Shown here: positions 37,365 through 47,883 of the stretch, in pieces | Position numbering within the stretch: the stretch's first letter is position 1 | How the letters are laid out: each line of letters starts with the position of its first letter | IMG/VR virus record: IMGVR_UViG_3300005918_000012 | Reading direction: 5' to 3' (one strand) | DNA length: 64,000 nt | Origin: a virus | Notes under the pieces: generated by a model | What the model saw: only the letters and a program-made list of their open reading frames with translations | Database searches by the model: none | Told to the model about the DNA's origin: nothing | Position numbers and translations under genes: made by a program

Positions 37365-37914
37365 GTCTGGTCGGATTGAAATCATTGTCGGGCCTATGTT
37401 TTGTGGGAAATCTGAAGAACTTATCCGTAGACTACGGAGAGTGATGGTGGCCAAGCTGCCTATGAAGGTTTTCAAAGCTGACCTTGATAAACGATATGAC
37501 AACGGGGATAAGATATCCTCTCATTCACGATATGAAGTAGAAGCCACTCCTGTATCTGTGGAAGACCCTTATGTTATTTTGGATTTGATTGATAAAGACA
37601 CCCAAGTAGTTGGAATTGATGAGATTCAGTTCTTTCCTTCTGAAATAATTAGTATTTGTATGTATATGGCTAAGATAGGCATTAGAGTTATCCTGTCCGG
37701 ATTAGATATGGATTATAGAGGTACTCCTTTTGGTTCTGTTCCTACGCTGATGGCCGTTGCCGAACGTGTGGATAAGTTGACTTCCATCTGTACCGTGTGT
37801 GGGAGGGATGCCACAAGGACACAGAAACTGACCTCTGATGGAGAATTGGTTGATATTGGGCAGGATGACAAATATACAGCTTGCTGCGTACGACACCACT
37901 CCATTCCAAAATAA
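37354..37914 (+). CDS. tdk: thymidine kinase
   Basis: GPMFCGKS, IDEIQFF, GLDMDYRG.PFG, CTVC...C zinc site. Confidence 0.95.
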   Translation: MSNRSGRIEIIVGPMFCGKSEELIRRLRRVMVAKLPMKVFKADLDKRYDNGDKISSHSRYEVEATPVSVEDPYVILDLIDKDTQVVGIDEIQFFPSEIISICMYMAKIGIRVILSGLDMDYRGTPFGSVPTLMAVAERVDKLTSICTVCGRDATRTQKLTSDGELVDIGQDDKYTACCVRHHSIPK

Positions 37915-37949
37915 ACTCCCTATCAGCATCTCCTAATAGGAGGTTCGGT

Positions 37950-38411
37950 ATGAAAAAACAGTCAAAGATAAGTCGATTTGCTGCACGGTATATGAACAGA
38001 CTTACTCTTCACGACCCGGAGTACAACATTCGGGAAACTGCAAAACAAATGGTTCTCTTAGAGGATCATCTTTTCCAACCCCACAAACTCTGCCCAGACT
38101 GTGTTCGTAAGCATCTGCTTATGATCGAAGCCTTAGCAGAGGAGATGGTGTCACTTACCCAGCCTAATATCCCAATCCATGTTATATACCGCCGTATCGG
38201 ACCTCTCATTTCTGAATTGGCTCGTAGATGGTTACAAGAATTCCATGATGGCCGTCAACCAGTCGAGTTGGCAGCAGATATCCGAGAACTTCGAAAATTA
38301 ATAGTTAAATGCTGCCCTGATCCCCGTAAGAATATGGAAGACTATGAGGAAACAGATAGGGCTATAGGTCGAGTTGCCTCTATGTACGTTATACAAGAAA
38401 ATTTGAAATAG
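37950..38411 (+). CDS. hypothetical protein (CxxC..KH motif)
   Basis: AGGAGG SD, class C motif upstream. Confidence 0.7.
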   Translation: MKKQSKISRFAARYMNRLTLHDPEYNIRETAKQMVLLEDHLFQPHKLCPDCVRKHLLMIEALAEEMVSLTQPNIPIHVIYRRIGPLISELARRWLQEFHDGRQPVELAADIRELRKLIVKCCPDPRKNMEDYEETDRAIGRVASMYVIQENLK

Positions 38412-38467
38412 ATTCAAGTCTTCGGGTAATATAAAGAGTGATTCTTTTATCTTGCTTGGAGACTTAT

Positions 38468-38938
38468 ATGGAAAACTTTAATGACCCCCAAAAACATTTA
38501 AAACTGACCGAACTTACAAAACTTTGCTATATTGCCACCCCTTACCGTGGACCTAATGAATTGGTGGTTGAACAGAACCTCCTGAATGCTCGAAAAGCTA
38601 CTGTTGCCCTTATACAGCAATTCCCCAACTACTACCCAATGAGTCCAGTCTTAAATACAGCAGGCTTCCACCATTATGAGGAACAGCTCGGTGTGGGGAT
38701 TGAGTATTGGTTGAATGGGACTATGGAGTTTCTAAACCGTTGTGATGCTATTTATCTGTCACCAGGTTGGGAAACCTCAAGTGGTTGTATCAAGGAAATT
38801 GAATTTGTCCTCAATCAGATGTTGGGGACGGAATACCGAGATATCAAGATACTTATTAATGACAACGAAGGGGTGGGTAAAATTATCGAAATCTCCCCTG
38901 CTGACATACTAGACATAGTGAAAAGGATAGACAAATGA
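38468..38938 (+). CDS. nucleoside-deoxyribosyltransferase-like (DUF4406/DUF1937-type) protein
   Basis: YIATPY, RCDAIYL..GWETSSGC..E. Confidence 0.75.
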   Translation: MENFNDPQKHLKLTELTKLCYIATPYRGPNELVVEQNLLNARKATVALIQQFPNYYPMSPVLNTAGFHHYEEQLGVGIEYWLNGTMEFLNRCDAIYLSPGWETSSGCIKEIEFVLNQMLGTEYRDIKILINDNEGVGKIIEISPADILDIVKRIDK

Positions 38939-39594
38939 TCAAACGTGGGAAATTTATCGTCATAGAAGGCATTGATGGAGCTGGGACGACCACTCAAGCA
39001 ACTTTATTGGCCACCCGCCTTCAAGAGTTAGGGGTTTTGGCTCGTCTGACTGCAGAACCCTCCACAGGTCCAGTGGGATCAATGATCCGACAGATTTTGG
39101 ATAAACGACTGTCTTTACTCAGGCGGAGTCCTCCTGTAGATAGCCCCCGAGAGTTGAATCAGGAAGCCTTGGCTCTCCTGTTTGCTGGTGATAGGCTTGA
39201 TCACATTGAGTCCCTGATCCTCCCATCTCTGGAAAACGGTACCCATGTCATTTGTGACAGGTACAGTCCGAGTACATATGCCTATCAAGGTATGGATGTT
39301 AAAGATCAGCAATGGCTTGAAAACATTGACCAGCAGTCTTTTGTCCCTGATGTCATTATCTATTTGAAGATCACTGCTCAGGAAGCTCTGGCCAGAGTCC
39401 TCAATAGAGGTGGAGAAATCAGTGTGTTTGAAAAAGAAACTTTCCTTACAGGGGTCGTTTCTCGATATAATACTTACATTGAAGCAGAGGAAAAGTTGGG
39501 GGCTACTAAGGTTCTGACAGTGAATGCAACTCTGGCTCCAGAAGTACTTGCTGAAATGATCTGGCATGATTGTAGGGAAATCCTTACACAATGA
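38935..39594 (+). CDS. tmk: thymidylate kinase
   Basis: FIVIEGIDGAGTTT, EP, CDRY..STYAYQG. Confidence 0.93.
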   Translation: MIKRGKFIVIEGIDGAGTTTQATLLATRLQELGVLARLTAEPSTGPVGSMIRQILDKRLSLLRRSPPVDSPRELNQEALALLFAGDRLDHIESLILPSLENGTHVICDRYSPSTYAYQGMDVKDQQWLENIDQQSFVPDVIIYLKITAQEALARVLNRGGEISVFEKETFLTGVVSRYNTYIEAEEKLGATKVLTVNATLAPEVLAEMIWHDCREILTQ

Positions 39595-40631
39595 CAAAAC
39601 CCAGTATCGTATCTTTATTCAGTGGGGCTGGGGGGATGGACTTAGGACTCTCCCAAGCAGGATTCGAAACTATCTGGGCAAATGATATAGACCAAGCAGC
39701 CTGCCACACGTACCGGCAGAACCTTGGAGACCATATCATTTGTAAAAGTATCAGGGAGATTTCATCTGATGATATCCCTGACAGTGATATCATTGTTGGT
39801 GGGCCACCTTGCCAAGGATTCTCTGTAGCAGGAAAGATGGATCTGGCTGATCCGAGAAGTCAGCTCGTCTGGGAATTTTGTCGGGTCGTGATTGAAAAAC
39901 AACCTCGGTACTTCATTATGGAGAACGTGGCTGCCTTATCCACCAACCCAAAGTTTAATATCCTTCATGATGCTTTGATCCGAACCTTTAAAGAAAACGG
40001 CTACACTGTCAAATTTCAGACACTGAACAGTCAAGATTATGGCGTACCACAATCAAGAGAACGGTTCTTCATCTTGGGGTCTCTGGATGCTCCTATCTGG
40101 TTCCCTGACCCTATAAATACAAAGATTCCTGTCCGGGAAGCCATTAAGGATTTACAACCCCCAGTTAAACTGACGTGTTCGGCCAAGATTGCTCTATCTC
40201 CGACTCCGATTATGCGGAAATCTCCCTATGCTGGGATGTTGTTCAACGGAGGCAGGCCACTTGACCCTGACAGACCTTCTTGTACGTTGGTTGCCTCAAT
40301 GGGTGGGAATAGAACTCCGCTCATTGAACAGAACCTCTTGAATGACCCGACGGCTGAGAGCTGGATACGGAAATTACATTCTGAGATTGAAAAGCTGGAT
40401 GTTTCCAAGGTTAAGATACCAGGATACATTCGACGATTGACCGTGCCTGAGTGTGCAAGACTTCAGGGATTCCCTGATGATTTTGTTTTCACAGGGTCGT
40501 TTTCTCAGCAGTATCGTCAGATAGGAAACTCAGTTACTCCCCCCTTAGCCAAGCACATTGGTTTGGCAGTGATGGCTTCTATCCAAGGAGTCGTCCTTTT
40601 ACCTGTGGAATCTGTATTGGATTTATTTTAA
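39591..40631 (+). CDS. C5-cytosine DNA methyltransferase
   Basis: FSGAGG, GGPPCQGFS, ENV, QSRER, QIGNSV. Confidence 0.95.
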   Translation: MTKPSIVSLFSGAGGMDLGLSQAGFETIWANDIDQAACHTYRQNLGDHIICKSIREISSDDIPDSDIIVGGPPCQGFSVAGKMDLADPRSQLVWEFCRVVIEKQPRYFIMENVAALSTNPKFNILHDALIRTFKENGYTVKFQTLNSQDYGVPQSRERFFILGSLDAPIWFPDPINTKIPVREAIKDLQPPVKLTCSAKIALSPTPIMRKSPYAGMLFNGGRPLDPDRPSCTLVASMGGNRTPLIEQNLLNDPTAESWIRKLHSEIEKLDVSKVKIPGYIRRLTVPECARLQGFPDDFVFTGSFSQQYRQIGNSVTPPLAKHIGLAVMASIQGVVLLPVESVLDLF

Positions 40632-43243
40632 TGAAACCTGAGATTATATTATTACCACAAGGGGATAATCCTCCGAAAGCCTCCCTATATTATGGGCAGG
40701 ATGTCAGGAAAACCCTACAAGAGCTCCCAGAGAACTCAGTTCACACAGTCTGCACTTCTCCGCCGTACTGGGGTTTGAGGGACTATGGCCTCGAACCCTC
40801 CACATGGAATGATGGTTGGGAAGGGTGTCTAGGGCTGGAACCGACTCATTTGATGTTTGTGGCTCATATAGTTGAGGTCATGCAGGAGGTTCGTCGAGTG
40901 TTACGTCCTGACGGAACACTTTGGCTAAATTTAGGTGATAGTTATAAAGGATCGTGGGGGAACTACAAGAGCAGTAATAGGGGGTCAGGACATCAAAGAG
41001 ATATGAAGACTGGGAATGCTTCTTTCATGTCCGGTGGGTATGAGGGGAAAGAAGAATGGCGTCCTCCTATAAGTAATGTCATCAAAGGTTTGAAGGACAA
41101 AGATTTGGTAGGGATTCCTTGGAGAGTAGCTTTAGCCCTCCAAGATGATGGCTGGTACCTTAGATCAGACATTATCTGGTGTCTATCAGGTGGTGTTTGG
41201 GTTTATGCCAGAACCCAAAAAGGTGAAATGCCTATGATGGTACGAGATGCAGCTAGGTTAGGCCCGACAACAGTTCAATTATGGAATGGCAAGAAATGGA
41301 CACAAGTTCTCGGATGGTCTGAAAATAACAGGACTGGAAATGAGATAGAATTAGTTCTTCGTTCAGGAGAACGGCTGGGGTGTACTCCTGATCATGAATG
41401 GCCTACAAATAAAGGATTAAAGAAAACTAAAGATTTAATCATTGGGGACGTACTCCAGTCTGTAATTCTACCTGAACCTGAAACACCTCATAACCCACCC
41501 GTAATTTCTGAAGATGTTGCTTGGTTTATTGGGATGTATTTAGCAGAAGGTTCTAAATTAGACCGAGGTAAAAAATTACAAATTTCTGGTCATATGAAAG
41601 AAACTGCTCGGTTTGAAAGAATCAAAAAAATAGCCGAGTTTTTTGGTGGCACTGCTGCCTGTCAGATTTATGGAAATTGTCAAAACATCCAAGTGTTTGG
41701 CAAAATTATCATTGCTATGTTGAATACCTATCTTGGTGGTACAGATGCTAAAACAAAATATTTAAAGCCTATATGTTGGAGCCATTCCAATAAGTGGTTA
41801 TCAAGTTTATTAGAAGGTTACTTGGAAGGTGATGGTCATTGGGATGAAAAAAATAACCGATGGAGACTAGGGTTCACTAGGAATTACAGTTGGGAACAAA
41901 ATTTACGAACATTAACTGCTCGATTGGGTTTACATCTGACTTTGAAACCTTCTATTTCTAAAATCGGTAATATCCCTTACCCTTCATTCCGAGGAGAAAT
42001 ACGTTTTAAAAAAAGTGGGCATTTCAATGAAAAAGACCCAAATGAAATCGTAAAAATCAGGAAAAGTAGATGCAGAAAAACTTATGATATAGGGGTAGCT
42101 GATGAACCTCATACATTTGCATTAGCTTCTGGGGTGTTGACTCATAACAGTAAGCCCAACCCTATGCCGGAATCTGTAAGAGATAGATGTACGAAATCTC
42201 ATGAGTATGTTTTCATGTTGACCCAGAACCCTAAGTATTTTTGTGATATGGATGCTATTCGGGAATTGCCTTCTCAGGAGTTCCATGGGTTGGGTGACCC
42301 AAATAAACCTAGAAAAGCCGACCGATACACATCCCGTAATGGTCATTCTGGTCTGAGAGTGGGATACCCTGCCGGATCAAGTGGTAAAAACCGTAGATCT
42401 GTATGGATAATCACAACTAAACCATATCCCGGATCACATTTTGCCACATGGCCTCCTGAACTTGTCGAGTTGATGATTAAGGCTGGTACTTCTGAGAGAG
42501 GTTGTTGTGCAGTCTGTGGTGCATCTTGGAAACGTGTCATAGAGACTTCTGGGGGTCGGGATTGGCATCAAGACAAAATGATTGATAAAGGGATCGTAGG
42601 AGAACTGTCCGGAGATGCTGGACACAAACGAGGTCAATCGGCCAGCCCCTTAAATAATGTTCGTCAACGAGAAACGGTCGGATGGGAACCTTCTTGTTCC
42701 TGTGGCTCGGATCATCCTCCCGACTCATGGGATATTATTGAAACTCCAACAGGAGTTAGAGTTGGTCCAGACCCAACATTACAGACGGGAAGGGCAGGGC
42801 TTAATAGACCACGAGGAGAGGATGAAGGCCGACGACTAATTACGAAATATGAACAGCGGGCTTATGCTGAACAATTGAAAGATTCTGAATATCGTCAAGA
42901 GATGGCCAAAGAGGCTGGACAGAGTTTTGATCATTACATTAGAACTGACTCCAGTGGGGCTAGACCAGTCCCTCAAGAGCTCCTGGAACTATGGGTGAAG
43001 AAAGGTTGGCTCTCTCATGTTGAAGTACCTGAGAAGCCTAAACCTTCTATAAAACGGTGTGTTGTCCTTGATCCTTTCTCTGGGAGTGGGACGACAGGAT
43101 TAGTAGCTCTCCGACTGGGCTGTGATTACATTGGGATTGATCTCAATGTTGAATACTTAAAGTTGGCTCAAAGGAGAGTTCTTGACCTCAAAGCTCCTAA
43201 AACAGATTCTACTGACGAAGATTCAGTCCTCGACATGTTCTAA
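40631..43243 (+). CDS. beta-class N4C/N6A DNA methyltransferase with intein
   Basis: TSPPYWGLRDY, IIW[intein]SKPNPMPES, HFATWP, DPFSGSGTTG. Confidence 0.9.
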   Translation: MKPEIILLPQGDNPPKASLYYGQDVRKTLQELPENSVHTVCTSPPYWGLRDYGLEPSTWNDGWEGCLGLEPTHLMFVAHIVEVMQEVRRVLRPDGTLWLNLGDSYKGSWGNYKSSNRGSGHQRDMKTGNASFMSGGYEGKEEWRPPISNVIKGLKDKDLVGIPWRVALALQDDGWYLRSDIIWCLSGGVWVYARTQKGEMPMMVRDAARLGPTTVQLWNGKKWTQVLGWSENNRTGNEIELVLRSGERLGCTPDHEWPTNKGLKKTKDLIIGDVLQSVILPEPETPHNPPVISEDVAWFIGMYLAEGSKLDRGKKLQISGHMKETARFERIKKIAEFFGGTAACQIYGNCQNIQVFGKIIIAMLNTYLGGTDAKTKYLKPICWSHSNKWLSSLLEGYLEGDGHWDEKNNRWRLGFTRNYSWEQNLRTLTARLGLHLTLKPSISKIGNIPYPSFRGEIRFKKSGHFNEKDPNEIVKIRKSRCRKTYDIGVADEPHTFALASGVLTHNSKPNPMPESVRDRCTKSHEYVFMLTQNPKYFCDMDAIRELPSQEFHGLGDPNKPRKADRYTSRNGHSGLRVGYPAGSSGKNRRSVWIITTKPYPGSHFATWPPELVELMIKAGTSERGCCAVCGASWKRVIETSGGRDWHQDKMIDKGIVGELSGDAGHKRGQSASPLNNVRQRETVGWEPSCSCGSDHPPDSWDIIETPTGVRVGPDPTLQTGRAGLNRPRGEDEGRRLITKYEQRAYAEQLKDSEYRQEMAKEAGQSFDHYIRTDSSGARPVPQELLELWVKKGWLSHVEVPEKPKPSIKRCVVLDPFSGSGTTGLVALRLGCDYIGIDLNVEYLKLAQRRVLDLKAPKTDSTDEDSVLDMF
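41180..42148 (+). mobile_element. intein with LAGLIDADG endonuclease (323 aa)
   Basis: starts CLSGG, ends LTHN before Ser; GMYLAEG and EGYLEGDG. Confidence 0.88.
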
Positions 43244-43735
43244 AACACTAGGAAAATCAAGGGAATAGGAATAGGGTAAGGAAACTCTCCTAAAAGGGGG
43301 TTTACCTGTACCTTTTGTTTTCGAGCGTCTCCTCCCGAAATTGTAGTTTTCAAACCTAAAAATAGCAGTTAGGGAAATCCTTTCTTTAAAATCCTTGAAA
43401 AAGTTCTAAAATAGAAAAACACCATTACAAACAGTAACTTTCGGAGCAAAATAGTTTCTTAAAGCAAACTTTCCAGCCAAAGTTTGCCTTAGTTAGGGAA
43501 AAACTTTGATTAGCTGAAAACTACCGGTGCAGAAGATTGATGTTTCTTTGCCTTAAAAGCAAATGTTATGAGAAAGTTGTACTGTATGTTGAAACTTACC
43601 CTTTGTGTTTATTAAGGGTGATGGGGTTTTTGACGACAAACCCCTCAAGAAACCCTACCCATTGGGGTTATCTTTTTCAATACGGCTGTTTTAGGGTATT
43701 ATAGATGTAAATTTAACTATTTTAAGGAAAATAAG
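43244..43735. other. largest non-coding region (about 490 bp), with inverted and direct repeats
   Basis: no ORF in track; GCAAACTTT/AAAGTTTGC inverted repeat; AGTTAGGGAAA occurs twice. Confidence 0.5.
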
Positions 43736-44923
43736 ATGAAAATTATCCAAGCCCCGAAGGGCACCGTCCCAGAAACTTTCACCAAATCCATTTTCTTAGC
43801 TGGACCAACTCCTCGTGATGACAATGCTGAGGACTGGAGGCCAGAGGCAATCCGTTTGCTAGAAGAAGCGGGCTATGATGGTATCGTGTTCAATCCGAAT
43901 CCCGGAGTCAAGCCTGATTACGATGACCAAGTAAGCTGGGAACGAGACACAATGAACATGGCAGACATTATCCTGTTCTGGGTACCACGAGAGATGAAAC
44001 ACATGCCGGCTCTCACTACCAACTTTGAGTTTGGTAAATGGGTCAATTCAGGCAAAGTTGTGTTAGGTTATCCAGAAGATGCCGTCAGCATGAGATATCT
44101 TCAGACCATTGCTGATCTGGAAGGTGTTCCGACATCCAATACCCTTCAGGAAACTGTGGATGCTGCTATAAAGAAAATTGGCAAAGGTGCTCCCCGAACA
44201 GGCGGAGAACGTAATATTCCTATGGAGATTTGGGAGAAGCCTGCTTTCCAAGAATGGTTACAGGCTCAGAAGGCTGCTGGTAACCGGTTGGATGGAGCTG
44301 AGGTCGTCTGGCAGTTCCGTGTAGGTGAGAAGAAAGACCGTCTATTCTTGTGGGCCATTCATGTGGATGTCTACATTGCCAGTGAAGATCGTCATAAGAC
44401 CAATGAAATCGTTATCATGCGTCCTCACATCTCTGCTATTGTGGCTTACTGTTGGCCGTCAACCAGACTTTCTACCTCTGTCTTGGACAATGTTGAGGTT
44501 GCCATTGTCAAGGAATTCCGATCACCCGCTTCGGTAGGTGATTGTTTCATCCGTGAAGTTCCCGGAGGAAGCTCCCTCAAACCAGGAGTTGACCCTCGTG
44601 AGAATGGTGTCCATGAATTTGAGGAAGAAACGGGAGTAGCTATTGAAGCTGACAGATTGGAATTCAAGGGAGTACGGCAACTGGCTGGCACTTTGAGTTC
44701 CCATCATGCTCATGTGTATGCTGTGAACTTGTCTATCCCTGAGATGGGTGCTTTGAAGAAGGAAGTCGGTAAGATGCACGGAGTGGCAGAAGATACCGAG
44801 CAAACTTACGTTGAGGTTTACACTCTGGCTGAATTGCTGGATGAGACGAACCCTCTGACGGATTGGTCTACGCTGGGGATGATTCTGGCTGCTTTACCGG
44901 CAGACGTTTTTTATCACGAATAG
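43736..44923 (+). CDS. nucleoside-deoxyribosyltransferase-like domain fused to Nudix hydrolase
   Basis: SIFLAGPTPR...TTNFEFG N-domain; PGG...HEFEEETG Nudix box. Confidence 0.85.
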   Translation: MKIIQAPKGTVPETFTKSIFLAGPTPRDDNAEDWRPEAIRLLEEAGYDGIVFNPNPGVKPDYDDQVSWERDTMNMADIILFWVPREMKHMPALTTNFEFGKWVNSGKVVLGYPEDAVSMRYLQTIADLEGVPTSNTLQETVDAAIKKIGKGAPRTGGERNIPMEIWEKPAFQEWLQAQKAAGNRLDGAEVVWQFRVGEKKDRLFLWAIHVDVYIASEDRHKTNEIVIMRPHISAIVAYCWPSTRLSTSVLDNVEVAIVKEFRSPASVGDCFIREVPGGSSLKPGVDPRENGVHEFEEETGVAIEADRLEFKGVRQLAGTLSSHHAHVYAVNLSIPEMGALKKEVGKMHGVAEDTEQTYVEVYTLAELLDETNPLTDWSTLGMILAALPADVFYHE

Positions 44924-44932
44924 GAGATAGAG

Positions 44933-45157
44933 ATGGCTAAAGGAGTGAAGACTACAAGTCTGGTTATGTTAGGGGAAATACAGATTCGGATGCATAGCTC
45001 TAGTTCCCCAATATGCTTGAAGAAAATTTCAACTACCTATCAGAAGGGTGACCTGTTTTGTGTTCGGTTTGCAACAGGCAGGATTCAAAAATATCCTATC
45101 ATGAACATTTTCGACATCATTGAAGACTGGGATCTCAAAGAAGTTGAAGATATTTGA
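44933..45157 (+). CDS. hypothetical protein
   Basis: AGGAG SD. Confidence 0.6.
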   Translation: MAKGVKTTSLVMLGEIQIRMHSSSSPICLKKISTTYQKGDLFCVRFATGRIQKYPIMNIFDIIEDWDLKEVEDI

Positions 45158-45163
45158 TTTTCT

Positions 45164-45193
45164 GGCTTAGTTTCTCTTTATTGTGGGTTGTTG
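45164..45193 (+). promoter_or_regulatory. class A phage promoter-like motif
   Basis: GGCTTAGTTT-ctctttatt-GTGGGTTGTTG upstream of 45234. Confidence 0.75.
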
Positions 45194-45233
45194 AAGTAAG
45201 AAGACACTGACAACTGAGATAAGGAGCAAGACA

Positions 45234-45641
45234 ATGAGTAGCAATAAGTTAACTGAAGAACAGATTGAAAAATGTGTTAAAAAGCATTTCCCAAAGGCTA
45301 TTCGTTTCAAAGGTGTGATGTATAACACTTTCTGGGATTTAAAATATAAAAAAGGTTACTGTAAACAATGTTATGTAGGAACTAACCCTAATGGTGATTG
45401 TATCGATCTTTATGAATTTGCAACACTTAAGACCCCTGTGAAATGTCTTGAGGACGTGGAAAAGTATCTAGTTTCAGTAAAAGAAACTATTAAAACAGAA
45501 CGAGAGACAAAGGATGTTGCAAAGGCTCTTGAACTGTTCCGTAAAATGAAAAAAGGGTATGATGAGCTTGGAGATGCTGGGAAGCAGTGGTTCCAAGCAG
45601 AGTACCGTAAAGAACCTTTTGTATTTGAGAAGGGGGAATAA
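45234..45641 (+). CDS. hypothetical protein
   Basis: AAGGAG SD. Confidence 0.7.
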   Translation: MSSNKLTEEQIEKCVKKHFPKAIRFKGVMYNTFWDLKYKKGYCKQCYVGTNPNGDCIDLYEFATLKTPVKCLEDVEKYLVSVKETIKTERETKDVAKALELFRKMKKGYDELGDAGKQWFQAEYRKEPFVFEKGE

Positions 45642-45643
45642 CT

Positions 45644-46018
45644 ATGACCGAACAAGAAGAAAAAGACATTCAGGAATTCAACGAGAAGGGACACCTTGAA
45701 TACAGAGGGTATGGGATTCACCAGGCTTGGAAGAATTCTAAACATTTCAAAAACCCTATCTCTGGTCATGGGTGGAGTGAGCCTCAAGATAAAAAGGGTT
45801 TCTATACTGTGCAGTATAAAGGTTCAATCCCAATCAAGAAAACTGCTACCGGTTACAGTAGCTTATTTACTGGTGGTAGTTGCATTGATGATTATAGTTC
45901 TATCAAGAATGCTAAAGACCATATTGATTGCTGTGTTGATCACCAGAACTGGCTTCCTTTGTGCCCAAGAGAAATTAGATGGATAGAGAAAACCAATCGG
46001 GAGGTTATCAATGCCTAA
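45644..46018 (+). CDS. hypothetical protein
   Basis: ORF in operon. Confidence 0.65.
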   Translation: MTEQEEKDIQEFNEKGHLEYRGYGIHQAWKNSKHFKNPISGHGWSEPQDKKGFYTVQYKGSIPIKKTATGYSSLFTGGSCIDDYSSIKNAKDHIDCCVDHQNWLPLCPREIRWIEKTNREVINA

Positions 46019-46520
46019 AAATCATTATATAGCAGTAGTCCCTTGTTTACATTGTAAATTTTGGGATATACCTGAAAACTGGGAGACGTGGCGGAAAAAT
46101 CACAAAACAGATGAGCCTTATGACTGGTCTGACTATGATGCTGAGTGTTCAAAGATGCCTGATATCGATCATATAGAAGTTGATCTTGTAATCACCACCT
46201 GTGGCACATTCGGTTGTGTTTTAGGAGAACTTCGAGATGAGAAACCTCCTGCAGTATTCAAGGTATTCTTGGTCTGCAAAGGGGGTAAGTTTTACGGCCC
46301 TTACAAAACGGAAGACGAAGCCTTTAACAGAGCAGAGGTGCTGATTAACTGCCGACAACATACATATTATGAGGTTGAGTATCTTAAAGATAATAGATTC
46401 CTCATTGGTGGTAAAGTAGTCTGTGGTAAGTTTAAATATGTCAATGTAGCATCTCAGGACGTTATATCTGAGGAATCCGACAACAACTTCCTTGATGCTG
46501 TTTATATGATGAAAGGTTAA
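46011..46520 (+). CDS. hypothetical protein
   Basis: GGAGG SD. Confidence 0.65.
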   Translation: MPKNHYIAVVPCLHCKFWDIPENWETWRKNHKTDEPYDWSDYDAECSKMPDIDHIEVDLVITTCGTFGCVLGELRDEKPPAVFKVFLVCKGGKFYGPYKTEDEAFNRAEVLINCRQHTYYEVEYLKDNRFLIGGKVVCGKFKYVNVASQDVISEESDNNFLDAVYMMKG

Positions 46521-46535
46521 ATAAGGAACTGTAAA

Positions 46536-47846
46536 ATGTCTTATTATGAATTAGAAGGTCCAAGGGTGGATGCTTATAAAGGTTCTTTAATAGTAACAGG
46601 GATCATTAAAGTTCAGGATGGGAAAGTCTTTGTGGAAACACCTTTAAAAATGAGAAGGGATTTAGGATACCTTTCAGATTTTTTCAAGGTAAACTTTTAT
46701 AATTATGATAAAGGTAAAGCTTTGTTTCATTTTAAGGGTAATTCTGTTTGGGATATCAGAGAACAAAACAGAGGGGATTTATTAAGGTTTGTAGAAGAAT
46801 TTAGTAAAGTTATAACTAATGTCAATATTACCCATGACGTGAAGGTTGATCCTATCAGTGACAGGATTAATTTAATTGGCACTGCTGTTTTTTCCATTTT
46901 TATATTACTTACATTATTTAGTGTAGGTTTCCCGTATTTAGAGGAAAAACAACAAGACAGTAATTTAGAGGTGACTGAAAAAGCAATAACTAATGAAGAT
47001 TATGAACAGGGTATTTTCTTAAATACAAACACAGCACCCCCAAAACAGGTATCTGAACTTCCTAAAGACATGCCTCCTTTATCTAAAAGAGTTGAAATAA
47101 AATTCAAAGTGGACATAAAGAATGGGAACAGAGCCTACGTTTCTGGAACTACAAATTTACCTGACGGTACAAAACTCACAGTTTCTATAGATAGTAAATC
47201 ATCTTATAGATACACAGGCAACCAATTTGATGTTAAAGTTGTAGGCTATCATTTTAAAGCAGAGCCTTTTGAAGGGTATGTATCAAGCTCACTTCCTACG
47301 GGACTTTACATTATTGATGTTTCGATGTATCTTAGTCACCAGTCTAGTAAAGTGAAGAAGATTATTGGTGATGAGGGACAAAACCTCAGAGGTAAACTTA
47401 TTGACAAAGGTTTTGATATCTTTACCGTAAAAAAAGCAGGAAGTTTCTTTGTAGGAATAAGCAAGAAAGCTGCTGCTAAAGTAGAAAGAAAAGCTAAAAG
47501 AGATTCCGATAGGGAGGCTGATAAAATCTACAAGAGTTTAATGAGGTATGTTAAAATAGGATCATCTAATGAGGTAGAAAAAATACGGCACCACCGTTCA
47601 GAGGGCTTTAATTATAAACTCATACAACAATGTAATAATAAAATGAAAAAATATATCCAGCCATTTAGAGATTTACGAAAAAGAGCAAAAAACCTACCCC
47701 TCCGGGGTAGTGACTATTATATTTCTTTAATATTTGCAACTTCAGAGATGGCTGGTTCTTGTTGTCTAAAATGTTGTGATGGCGGACTGGATGATTGCAA
47801 GAAAATAAAAAGAGATTTAATACAGGCTAAGAAGGAAAAGAGATAA
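46536..47846 (+). CDS. single-pass membrane protein
   Basis: central TM (LIGTAVFSIFILLTLFSVGF); AT-rich. Confidence 0.7.
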   Translation: MSYYELEGPRVDAYKGSLIVTGIIKVQDGKVFVETPLKMRRDLGYLSDFFKVNFYNYDKGKALFHFKGNSVWDIREQNRGDLLRFVEEFSKVITNVNITHDVKVDPISDRINLIGTAVFSIFILLTLFSVGFPYLEEKQQDSNLEVTEKAITNEDYEQGIFLNTNTAPPKQVSELPKDMPPLSKRVEIKFKVDIKNGNRAYVSGTTNLPDGTKLTVSIDSKSSYRYTGNQFDVKVVGYHFKAEPFEGYVSSSLPTGLYIIDVSMYLSHQSSKVKKIIGDEGQNLRGKLIDKGFDIFTVKKAGSFFVGISKKAAAKVERKAKRDSDREADKIYKSLMRYVKIGSSNEVEKIRHHRSEGFNYKLIQQCNNKMKKYIQPFRDLRKRAKNLPLRGSDYYISLIFATSEMAGSCCLKCCDGGLDDCKKIKRDLIQAKKEKR

Positions 47847-47883
47847 AAACCCAATAGGGCCAATCCAGGAATTAGAAGGTGAA

